The notes under the pieces were generated by a model, which saw only the letters and a list, made by a program, of their open reading frames with translations, had not been told where the DNA came from and searched no databases. This document shows positions 19,672 to 28,550 of a stretch of 64,000 nt of DNA, piece by piece. A program made the translations under genes and the position numbers. Each line of letters opens with the position of its first letter. Positions within the stretch are counted from its first letter, which is position 1. Source of the DNA: an uncultured delta proteobacterium (lineage in GTDB: Bacteria > Desulfobacterota > Binatia > UBA9968); contig CAVWLW010000026.1 of NCBI GenBank assembly GCA_963755715.1, positions 64,001-128,000 of the forward strand, given 5' to 3'.

Positions 19672-21028
19672 ATGCTGAAACTGAAATCCATCTCTTTCTT
19701 AGCGCCGTTCTTCGCGATCGGGTTCGTGGCCGTTTACCTGCTGCATCCGAATTACGGCTCATCGGTCGTTGCGTCGCTCTGCGCCTTCAGCGCCGGCGTA
19801 CATTGCGCGCGGCAACGAAGCAGAGGAAAGTTTTCAAGCCTACCGCAAATCTCTCGCTGGCTATTACAAATCTCTCGCCAGCGCTTTGAACGCCCACGCT
19901 CCAGACCTGGTGGAAGCTTCTATCAGCACCGGGTCCGGTAAAAACCGGCTGTGAAAATTTACCCGCTGGTCTCAGACAGCGCGCAGGAAGCACAGCGAGC
20001 GCATCGATCCATCGGCTATAGCTGGCATGGACGGAGCGGCTGATTGCTATGGAACGGCGCGAGCTCGCCCGTTGCAAAAAACGAGCTGCATGTACAGCGA
20101 CCGCTGCTGAATGAAACCCAACGAAGGAGCTCGAAAGACTCGTGCTCGATTACCGCCGATTGTGCGAGAAACTAAGAAACATCGACGCGCACATCCAATA
20201 TAACCGCTTCTGGCAAGCCGTATTGCCGCCGATAGCGCCGGTTACGACCGCGAGACGGAACTGCACGACGAAGTGCTCGAACGCCGAGAAGTTCGCGACG
20301 AATTGCGCAATCTGAACGACCCCTGGTCTATGGTTTCGCTACAAGCCGATCCGTGCGCTGGCTGGCCTGAACGGGGTTCACTAGTAATTTGAAAAGACGC
20401 GAAGCGCTTCTTACTCAACGCATCGATAGCGCGATCGGGCGGGTTAAAACGCCCTTGTTCGTCGCCATGGAACATCGTCCGCAGGAATGGATTCGCGTTT
20501 CGGTTTACACGGACATCGCCAATCGAGACTTTGTCGCGGTTGCGAAACGCAATATCGAAGCGATCTGGAAATTGCGCGACGGCACTCGGGAGTCTCGCGT
20601 CGAGCTGGATATTACTTACATTCCCAGCGAAAGTTTATATGCCGGCGGAGAAGTGCCGGCTGTCGGTGCGCCGATCGATCTCCCGCGTCACTTGCAAAGA
20701 TTTCCCCGGGACGGTGCGATCTTCACGACCGGCGCATTGACCACGCATGTTCAGAGTTATGCGATCGTGTTGGGGCCGCACGCAATCACGCCACGAATAT
20801 TGCGCCCATGAATTTGGTCACCTCTTGGGCTTTCGAGACGCCTATGTGCGCGGGTATGAGGATCTGGGCAAAGACGGCTTTCAAGTCTTAGAAGTGGGCA
20901 CCGACTCCGCCGATATCATGGCCGATCCGGTCGCGGGATCGGTGCCGATCAAATATTTTGAGATGTTGTTAAACAACCGCTGCGTAAAGACGCCGCGAGT
21001 TCCTGCCGACACCGCGCGCCTGATGTGA
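19672..21028 (+). CDS. Putative exported zincin-type metalloprotease, heavily frameshifted
   Basis: N-terminal hydrophobic helix; C-terminal 'HEFGHLLGFRD' (HExxHxxGxxD) followed by a Met-turn-like 'DIM'. Confidence 0.55.
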
Positions 21029-21051
21029 AATTATTTTAGGCGAGTAGACGA

Positions 21052-21131
21052 GCTTTGGCGGACCCAGACGGACGGCAAGTTGTCTTTCGCAACAACTGTG
21101 GGGGGCGCGCCCGTCGAGGTCCGCCGAAGCT
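21052..21131. repeat. Long inverted repeat (REP-like, possible bidirectional terminator)
   Basis: agctttggcggacc ... ggtccgccgaagct between convergent genes. Confidence 0.6.
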
Positions 21132-21158
21132 GATTAAACCTTCGCTGGCCGCTGTTGG

Positions 21159-21551
21159 TTAATGATCATGACCGCGTGATGCCGCGACGATCCCTATGAT
21201 CACGACCGCAAGCACACCCAGCCCGATCAATAATACTGTCGGATCGACGCCCAATGGGGTTCCACCGGTCGGACCGGATGGTCCAGCTGGACCGGGGACT
21301 CCTGGCGCTCCGGCGGGTCCTTGAGGTCCGGGAACACCTCGCTCACCTTCCGGTCCCTTGCGTTCTACTCGCGGACAGTTTTGCTGAGATTCCCGGCCCT
21401 GTACTTGAATGTCGAAGTTGGTATCGCCTGCTTTTCCTTCTATCCGCGCTCCTTCATTCTTTCTTGGAGAATCTTGGGCCACCACGGAACCGGCGAATCC
21501 GAGCGCGAAAAATAGCAGCAAAAGGCTTAATAAATATTTGTGCTGTTTCAT
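21159..21551 (-). CDS. Small exported collagen-like protein with C-terminal membrane anchor
   Basis: Signal peptide; 11 consecutive Gly-X-Y triplets (GPE GER GVP GPQ GPA GAP GVP GPA GPS GPT GGT); C-terminal TM helix; RBS AAGGAGGTGA. Confidence 0.85.
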   Translation of the reverse strand: MKQHKYLLSLLLLFFALGFAGSVVAQDSPRKNEGARIEGKAGDTNFDIQVQGRESQQNCPRVERKGPEGERGVPGPQGPAGAPGVPGPAGPSGPTGGTPLGVDPTVLLIGLGVLAVVIIGIVAASRGHDH

Positions 21552-21580
21552 GATTCACCTCCTTCTTCTCAAGAGAGTCG

Positions 21581-21628
21581 AGCAAAATATATGCCCCATT
21601 CGGCCTTTGAAATAATATCAAAGACTTA
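21581..21628 (-). promoter_or_regulatory. Putative sigma54 (-24/-12) promoter with adjacent IHF site
   Basis: Minus strand GG-CATATATTTT-GCT (GG-N10-GC) at 21581-21595; TATCAA-AGAC-TTA at 21616-21628 matches IHF consensus WATCAANNNNTTR. Confidence 0.6.
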
Positions 21629-21809
21629 CACGCGCCGAAAAACTCTTCCGCTAAAAGCCATAAAAAATAGCGCCCGGTTACGATGATTTTCTCTTTCAAT
21701 TGCAAGTGGAAATCATACGTCGATTTTCAGGCAGAAAATTTCCGCTAGAGATCCGGGCGTGACCACGGTTGGCAAAACGAGTTGAGCTGATTAAAAAATT
21801 CTTCTGGTT

Positions 21810-22853
21810 TCATCTTGCCGGCAGGGGATCGGCGCCGGCGAGTTTGGTGAAAAGCTCGACCACGCTAGGGTCGCGCGGCAACTCACGAATGACTTTTTCC
21901 AGCGCTTCGGGCCCCAGCGGTGACGCGGTGTCGCCGGCGAGCTTTTCGAATTCCTTGTAAAATTCCGGATCGCTCAAAGTCTTGCGCATCGCATCCTGAA
22001 GAATCTGCGCGCGATCTTTAGGCGTGCCGGGCGGCAGGAAAAAATTCTGCCCTGCCAGTCTGAAGGCGCGGAACATTTCCAGCAATTTTTTCTCCCGCTC
22101 GGTCTTGGCAAAACTTTCCAGTTCCGGTAGTTGAGCGAAGCGTTGATTCTTTTTCCCCTTGGGAATCTCGATGCCCGCGTGGACGTCCACGAGTCCTTTG
22201 TCGAGCCACTCGCGCGACCGCACCAGCATGGTTTCTCCGGTCGTCACCCTGCCGTCCACTTCGCGCCGCGTGATTGCGAGATCGAGCTCGGGGCCGGTGT
22301 ACCCGGTGACAAACTTGGAGTTCGTCACGCCCATGAAATAGGCGAAGGTTCGTCCCGTAATGTAAACCGGATGGCCGACAGACTGGCTGCCGATGCGCAC
22401 GCTTGGCGCGGCGCGCAGTTTTTCTAAATTACCGAAACCCGAGTCGCGGTGCGTGATGAAGAGATAGTGCTGCGCGCTGTCGGGCGTGCCGAGATAGATA
22501 AATTTATCGATGTCGTACTGCACGCCGGGCTCGCCCAGCACCGCGTTGGCGACGAGGGCGGCGCCCATGCTGCCAATGGTAAGACCGTCGGGCTTGGCGA
22601 CTTTGTACACATGATTGGCGGCTTGCCTGCCGCCGCCGGCGGCCATGTGCTGCACAACGATCGTCGGATTGCCGGGCACATGTTTGCGCAGGATGTTGAC
22701 GACCGCGCGCGTGCGCATATCCGCCGAGCCGGCGGGCGGCCCGCCGAGAACGACGTTGACCGTTTTGTCGGCGAAAAACGGCGTCTGCGCTAAAATCGGC
22801 CTGGCACCAAATCCGAAGATAAAGAGAATCACAGCGGTCAAAATACTTTTCAT
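21810..22853 (-). CDS. Bug/TctC-like tripartite tricarboxylate transporter SBP
   Basis: 'KHVPGNPTIVVQHMAAGGG', 'KPDGLTIG', 'LPPGTPKDR..IL'; signal peptide. Confidence 0.85.
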   Translation of the reverse strand: MKSILTAVILFIFGFGARPILAQTPFFADKTVNVVLGGPPAGSADMRTRAVVNILRKHVPGNPTIVVQHMAAGGGRQAANHVYKVAKPDGLTIGSMGAALVANAVLGEPGVQYDIDKFIYLGTPDSAQHYLFITHRDSGFGNLEKLRAAPSVRIGSQSVGHPVYITGRTFAYFMGVTNSKFVTGYTGPELDLAITRREVDGRVTTGETMLVRSREWLDKGLVDVHAGIEIPKGKKNQRFAQLPELESFAKTEREKKLLEMFRAFRLAGQNFFLPPGTPKDRAQILQDAMRKTLSDPEFYKEFEKLAGDTASPLGPEALEKVIRELPRDPSVVELFTKLAGADPLPAR

Positions 22854-22911
22854 GACGTTCTCCTGGCGAAGATGCATTGGCGACAAGACAATCCCGTTAG
22901 CCGCGCCGGAC

Positions 22912-23883
22912 TTACGGTTTGGTCACGCCGAGCTCGCGCCGCGCCCTTTCGAGGAAGCTGTAATCGACGACCTGCGCGACGTTGAACGGCTGCGCCACTT
23001 TCGAATCTTCGCGCACCAGGTCGATCATGAGCTGCATGCCCTCCGGTTTCACCGACATGTCGCGGATAATGCCGCGGCCGAATTGCTTGAGCATCTCGCC
23101 GGCGAGCCGCCGGTCGGTGAGCCGCCACTGCTTCATGATGATACCGATCACTTCGTCGCGATTGCGCGGCTCTAGGCTGAAAATAAATCCGCGCAGCGTC
23201 GCCCGCACCATGCCGTAGACTTCCTCTGGATTGTCCTGAATCTTTTTGACCGAAGCGCCGAATCCGTTCTGCGGAAAACTGAGAATATCGCCGACGAAGA
23301 GAAGTTCGTTATAGCCCTTCTCCACCGCGATAATATTTTCCGGCACGCCGAGGAGCGCGGCGTCAACCGTGCCGGCCTCCATCGCCGTCAGCCGATTGTC
23401 CCTGAGCGTCACCACCGTCACGTCGCGGCCGGGTTCGAGTCCGAAGTGCTTGAGTGCGGCGTCGGCCATCAAGGTCGCGGTGCCGCCGGTGGTGCTACCC
23501 GCGACTTTTTTACCCTTGAGATCGCGCGGCGCGCGAATGTCTTTTCTGGCGATGAAGGATTGCAAAGGCCGGTCGACGGCGCACGCCAGGATCTTCGCCG
23601 GCGCCCCGCGCACGATGCCCTGGATGATGCCGTTGACCGCGGCGCTGTAGTCGAGATCGCCGCGCACGAAGGCCGCGTTTACGGCTTGCGTCGACATGAA
23701 AATCGTCTCCAGATCAATTCCCTGCTCGCGGTAAAAGCCCTTGTGATAAGCGAGATGAAAAGGCAAAAAGCCGATGTTGGTGGACTGAATCCCCATCCTG
23801 ACTTTTTTGAGACCTTGCGCGCGCAAATCCCCATTGGATATCGCGATCAAGAAAATGAGCAGCGCGAGCGTGTGCGACCGCAT
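22912..23883 (-). CDS. ABC transporter SBP, NitT/TauT family
   Basis: 'KGFYREQGIDLE', 'DLKGKKVAG', 'VVDYSFLERA'. Confidence 0.88.
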   Translation of the reverse strand: MRSHTLALLIFLIAISNGDLRAQGLKKVRMGIQSTNIGFLPFHLAYHKGFYREQGIDLETIFMSTQAVNAAFVRGDLDYSAAVNGIIQGIVRGAPAKILACAVDRPLQSFIARKDIRAPRDLKGKKVAGSTTGGTATLMADAALKHFGLEPGRDVTVVTLRDNRLTAMEAGTVDAALLGVPENIIAVEKGYNELLFVGDILSFPQNGFGASVKKIQDNPEEVYGMVRATLRGFIFSLEPRNRDEVIGIIMKQWRLTDRRLAGEMLKQFGRGIIRDMSVKPEGMQLMIDLVREDSKVAQPFNVAQVVDYSFLERARRELGVTKP

Positions 23884-23887
23884 CGTT

Positions 23888-24838
23888 TTACGATCCGAGT
23901 GTTTCTGGAGCGAAGAGGTCATCGATATTCGGTTTGCGATCGAGGATACCTTGCTGCACTTGGTATTCCATCAAAGTTTCCAGCGACCGGCGCGCGCAGC
24001 CGGTTTTCAAGCTGTATTGGAAATCTTCTCCCATCACTTCTTTTTCCCAGGCCGCTTCGCGCCGCTGTTTGTCGTCGCGATAACGGTCGGTCAAAGCGTT
24101 GGCTTCTTTAAAAGCGGTGAAAAGGTTCTCAACGACCTCCGGTTTGCCTTTGACGATCTCTTCGCGGACAGCGAAAAGATGATTGGTCGTATAGGCGCCG
24201 GTGCGCTTGAAGAATTCTTGCTCCGCGCTCCGATAGTCGGCCATCAAGTAGCGCATATTCGGGCTGGCGTAGGGCTCGAGCGCGGCATCGATCTCGCCCT
24301 TTTCAAGCAACTCGATCGCGTGCTCGCGAGTGCGCGGCGGTGCAACGAAACTCACGCGCACATCGGCGGGCGGCGGCCGCTGGCTTTCTTCGGCGATGTC
24401 CGGCTCGGCGACGTACCAGTCGATCTCTTTGGGCGGCACGCCAAACTGATTTTGCAAAATGCCCTTGAGCCACACTGGCGTCGTGGCGTTGTAGCGATGC
24501 ACGGTCACTTTCTTACCGGCCAATTCAGACGGATGGCGCAACGGCGAGGCGGTGCGGCAGTACATGCAGCGCAGCCGGAAACGGCGCGACAGAAAAACCG
24601 GCAAAGCGATCAGCGGCACGCCGCGCAATCGCGCCAAGATGTACGACGAGATCGACACCTCGCCGCCGTCGATCTCGCCGGCGATAATCGCCCGGTGGCG
24701 CGCACCCACATTGTCTAAGCCGTCGCCGAAGCGCGTCTGAATTTTAAGCTCAATTCCTTCGGGGCGCACCGAGCCATCGAACAGCGCCTCCGTATAAGGG
24801 GATCGGGTCAAACCAACAGTCAAATGAATATCACTCAT
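23888..24838 (-). CDS. 4,5-dihydroxyphthalate decarboxylase-like protein (PBP2 fold, no signal peptide)
   Basis: 'ALFDGSVRPEGIEL', 'EVSISSY', 'ALPVFLSRRFR', 'WLKGILQ', 'YQVQQGI'. Confidence 0.78.
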   Translation of the reverse strand: MSDIHLTVGLTRSPYTEALFDGSVRPEGIELKIQTRFGDGLDNVGARHRAIIAGEIDGGEVSISSYILARLRGVPLIALPVFLSRRFRLRCMYCRTASPLRHPSELAGKKVTVHRYNATTPVWLKGILQNQFGVPPKEIDWYVAEPDIAEESQRPPPADVRVSFVAPPRTREHAIELLEKGEIDAALEPYASPNMRYLMADYRSAEQEFFKRTGAYTTNHLFAVREEIVKGKPEVVENLFTAFKEANALTDRYRDDKQRREAAWEKEVMGEDFQYSLKTGCARRSLETLMEYQVQQGILDRKPNIDDLFAPETLGS

Positions 24839-25080
24839 TGCTTTTCTTTCTGTGATCGCCGCGAGAAATTTCCGCGCCGATCGACACGCCCCTCGTACCA
24901 TAATCCGCGCGGCCGGAACAACTGCGCCGGAGCGCCGAACGATCGACTTGCGGCAAGCCTCAGGACCTTCTAAGAGAATTCGTCGCTGCAAGCTTCGCTG
25001 CCAACCTTTCCGCTTCGCCTATTGCAAACAGTGCAGCCGGTAAGATAAGAGGAAACGCGATCATCCGGCCCGCCGGCTGG

Positions 25081-26109
25081 ATGCGAAATTCATCGTTACA
25101 TGCGCGCCCTCCCATGAAGTCTCTTCGCGTTTCGCTGGCTTGCTGCCTCTTTGCCGCCGTTTTCGCCGCGCCGCTCGCGGCACAAGACAAGAAACTGACC
25201 CCAGTTTACCTCGGCTACTCGGCGATCAGCGGCAGCTTCGCGCCGCTCTGGGTTGGCTTCGATCAAGGCTTATTCGCGAAACACGGGCTTGATCTTAAGA
25301 TGGCCTACATCCAAGGCAACCGGGTGATGATGTCGGCGTTGACGGCCGGTGAGATTCACATTTATCAAGGCGGCGCCGAAGGTTTGATCCGGCTCGTATC
25401 GGGCGGCGGCGACGGTATTTTCATCGCTACTCAGTACAACGTCGTCGGCCACTACGTGCTGATGACCGATCCGAGCATCACCCGGCTCGAGGACCTGCGC
25501 GGCAAGAGGATCGCTCTCGATCCCACCAGCCCCACTTACGGCTACATGCTCAAAGTGTTGGAGCAGGTTGGTTTGAAAAAAGAAGATGTAAGCTTCGTGC
25601 AATTCGGCACCGTCGGCCAACCGGAGCGCGCCATGGCGGTCATGCGCAAGCAAGCCGCCGCGACGATTCTCACCGCGCCGAATACTTACGCCGCCGAGAA
25701 GCAAGGCTTAAGAAAATTTTCGATCATCCGCGAGCTCGGCATCCGTCAATTGATCACGGTCAGCGCGACGACGAAAAGATTTCTCCGGGAAAAACGCGAA
25801 GCCGCGGACGGGTATCTACGTGCCTACGTCGAAGCTCTCGCTTATGTAAAAGCCAATCGCGACGTCACAATGAAAGTGATCGCCAAATACACGCGCCAGC
25901 GCGAGCCGGACGTGCTCGCTAAATTCTACGATGAGATGGTGCCAGACCTGCCACGTATCCCCTACATCGACGAAGTCTCGGCGCGCGCCACCATTGACGC
26001 CATGCAGGCGCAGGGCCCGCCGCTGCCGAAAGTCGATGTGAAAGCGCTATACGACAATAGTCTGTTGAAGACGATCGAAGCGGATCTGGATCGGGATAAA
26101 CGGCGGTAG
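25081..26109 (+). CDS. ABC transporter SBP, NitT/TauT family (start possibly 25114)
   Basis: Signal peptide; 'APLWVGFDQGLFAKHGLD', 'EDLRGKRIA'. Confidence 0.88.
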   Translation: MRNSSLHARPPMKSLRVSLACCLFAAVFAAPLAAQDKKLTPVYLGYSAISGSFAPLWVGFDQGLFAKHGLDLKMAYIQGNRVMMSALTAGEIHIYQGGAEGLIRLVSGGGDGIFIATQYNVVGHYVLMTDPSITRLEDLRGKRIALDPTSPTYGYMLKVLEQVGLKKEDVSFVQFGTVGQPERAMAVMRKQAAATILTAPNTYAAEKQGLRKFSIIRELGIRQLITVSATTKRFLREKREAADGYLRAYVEALAYVKANRDVTMKVIAKYTRQREPDVLAKFYDEMVPDLPRIPYIDEVSARATIDAMQAQGPPLPKVDVKALYDNSLLKTIEADLDRDKRR

Positions 26110-26153
26110 TGACCGAGGGCGAAAACGGGGGGACGAACCTTTGTTTCTTTTCT

Positions 26154-26218
26154 GCTTAACGCGTTCGCATTGACCGGCGAGCCGCTTGCGGCGAGTCCGG
26201 TCGAATGCGTGGTTCGGC
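26154..26218 (-). mobile_element. Integron attC site
   Basis: Minus strand GCCGAAC-CACGC-ATTCGACCGG...CCGGTCAAT-GCGAACGC-GTTAAGC: R'' and R' boxes, paired L boxes with one extra C, central hairpin; the L'-R' spacer is slightly long. Confidence 0.75.
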
Positions 26219-26288
26219 CTCATGTGCTCACTTACGTCGATCGCGGCAAAGCGCGTGTTCATTAGGTCGCATGGAGGATGAGCTTCGT

Positions 26289-27100
26289 TTAGCCCGGTTC
26301 CATTCCCTGCGATTTGATGACCGGGATGGCAGTTGGACCGGTGAGGAATTTGATCAGATCTCGCGCCGCACCCGGCGCTTTCGAGTCTGCGCTAACTCCA
26401 GCGAGTAAACACGGTGTAGAACTGAATCTCGGGGGGAGCGGCCCGACCAGTTCGACGCCGGGTGTCGTCAAGATCTGCGTGATAACCACCACCCCGAGCT
26501 CGATTTCGCCCTTGGCGACAAGTTCGGAAACGATATCGGAAGTCCGGTATCGTCACTTTCGACTTGATCGCATCCGCAATTCCAAGCCGATCGACCAGCT
26601 GCGGCACTCCGCCGCTCGGGAGGTAGCCGATCGATTTGGCATTGAGCAGCGCACGCTTGAATGCCTCGACCGAGCTGATGTCAGGTTTGGGCGCGCCCGC
26701 GCGCACCCCCACGCCAATTCCCGAGCGCACGAGATTGGTGCGCGTGTCGGCAATGACCTTGCCGTCTTTGATCAAGCCCGTCGATAGTAGGCGGCGGACT
26801 GACGAAAACGTCAAACGGCTCGCCGGCATTAATTTGCTTTACGAAGTTGGGGCTGAAGCCGGAGATCACGTTGAGCTTGTGCCCGGTTGTGCGCTCGAAT
26901 TCAGGCCCGATCTTGTCCAACACGGTCGCGATCGCTCTAGAGGTAAAGACCTTGAGTTCAGCGGCGTTGGCAGCACTGCGGTGAGTCGAAATGGTCACAA
27001 GGAAGAAAATCGTCGACACTCTCACAACCGAAACAGCCTTTGTGAACAGCCGCTCGGGCGTCGTCGAAATACCGATCCCTGCGCAAGAATTACTCAACAT
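26289..27100 (-). CDS. ModA-like (molybdate SBP-family) protein carried as an integron-type gene cassette; frameshifted
   Basis: 'AELKVFTSRAI', 'VRSGIGVGVRAGAPKPDISSVEAFKRALLNAKSIGY', 'GVELVGPLP', 'IKSQGMEP'. Confidence 0.8.
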
Positions 27101-27119
27101 GACTTCCTCGTAAGGCCCA

Positions 27120-27242
27120 GCCTAACTATTAAGTGAGCCGCCGTAGGCAGCGACAATTACTGGTCGGCTTATCCCGGCGACGCCTAGGACAATAAAGGAT
27201 CAAATCGTATGCAATATCCATCAGCTAACAGAGCGTTGTCAA
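27120..27242 (-). promoter_or_regulatory. attI-like core site (GTTAGGC) and candidate Pc promoter
   Basis: Minus strand ...cacttaataGTTAGGC (27126-27120) about 20 bp before the cassette ATG; TTGACA (27242-27237)-18 bp-GATATT (27218-27213) points at the cassette. Confidence 0.55.
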
Positions 27243-27437
27243 CATTAGTATTCCGCCAAAAGCCGACCGGCACGGCGGCTTATCTCCCTAACAACTCGCA
27301 GTCTATCTCCGCGGCTTGCTTGGCTGACGCCATCCCGTCACAAACGATACCTCTGCCTCCTCGGTTTAAATATTGTGGTGCTGTCTGCGATGCCGAACGG
27401 TGAGAGAGATTCGTCCTGAACCGAACACCGCGCGACT

Positions 27438-28550
27438 TTACGAAGAATGTGCCTCAGCCCTGCGCTGCTCGATCGAATAGCGTACCAAGGCGGCGTAGCG
27501 GTAAACGACGTGGGCGAACTTTCCATAGGGCAGCGTAATGAATAGTCCCGCGACGATACCTAAGTGAATGACCAAAAGCGTTCCCATCGCCGCGGTTTCG
27601 CGGAACACGAGCAGCACAAGACCGGTGAAGCTGGTGAGAAACAGCAGCACGAGAAATGCTACGTCCATGTTCAACATGCTTGCATCCGCCGGTGCGCGAT
27701 CGCTTTTCCACTTTAAGTAAAGCAGGCCCACGGTGCCGATCAGTAAACCGACGCCGCCGACGGTGCCGAGAACGACCGGCGCGCTAAAATACGGATACGG
27801 CGCCTGCCAATCAAGAAAGTGATCGTAAAACGCCGCGATGCTGGTAGCGGCGAAGTCGAGCAGAAAGCCGTAGAAGACCAGATGGTGGTACCACATTCGC
27901 GCGCGTGAAAAATTTTCCGCGGGGTAATTGCAGCCGGCGCCGCCGCCTTTCATATAGGCGAGGCCGAAAGCGTCTTTGGTCGCGCGCCACAGAGCGGCGG
28001 GATCGATTAGCGCAGAAATTGGTCCCTGAGTTTCGCGCCAAAAGCGGACCGCGCCGATGATGAAAACCGTCAAACCATAGAGCGCGATCAGCGACGGTGG
28101 CACGGTCATGGCGACAAACGGCACGACGCGGTAAAACGTCCCTTCTCCGAGATGGGTAGCGAATAGAACATTAGGGCCTTGGAACAAAAGTACGAGCGCG
28201 AGAATAATGATTATCGACGCGACGGTAATCGCACTCACCGCCAACACGTTGCGTTTGAACAGAACCGAAAGAAGCGCCGGCCAGGTGAACTCCCGATAAG
28301 TATCGGCGCGCAGCTCGGACATGAGTTTCGGAATATTGACGCCGAACTCATGCGGCGGCGCGTACTGGCAGGCGTAATAACAGTCGCGGCAGTCGAAACA
28401 GAGATTCGCTAGATAGGTCAGATCGGCTTTGGTAAAAACGCGGCGCTGTTCCATCGCCGGAAAAACCGCGCAGTATCCTTCGCAGTAACGGCAAGCATTG
28501 CAGATCGTCATCTGCCGCGCGCCGTCCTTTACCAGATCAAAATCCGGCAC
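27438..28550 (-). CDS. tcuB: Tricarballylate utilization 4Fe-4S membrane protein TcuB
   Basis: 'CNACRYCEGYCAVFPAM', 'CFDCRDCYYACQYAPPHEF', 'LPYGKFAH'; overlaps tcuA. Confidence 0.95.
   Translation of the reverse strand: MPDFDLVKDGARQMTICNACRYCEGYCAVFPAMEQRRVFTKADLTYLANLCFDCRDCYYACQYAPPHEFGVNIPKLMSELRADTYREFTWPALLSVLFKRNVLAVSAITVASIIIILALVLLFQGPNVLFATHLGEGTFYRVVPFVAMTVPPSLIALYGLTVFIIGAVRFWRETQGPISALIDPAALWRATKDAFGLAYMKGGGAGCNYPAENFSRARMWYHHLVFYGFLLDFAATSIAAFYDHFLDWQAPYPYFSAPVVLGTVGGVGLLIGTVGLLYLKWKSDRAPADASMLNMDVAFLVLLFLTSFTGLVLLVFRETAAMGTLLVIHLGIVAGLFITLPYGKFAHVVYRYAALVRYSIEQRRAEAHSS

Noticed and set aside
27127-27437. Integron integrase gene next to the attI-like site
   Set aside because: Only about 310 bp are available and the short ORFs (27209-27403, 27338-27526) show no tyrosine-recombinase motifs.
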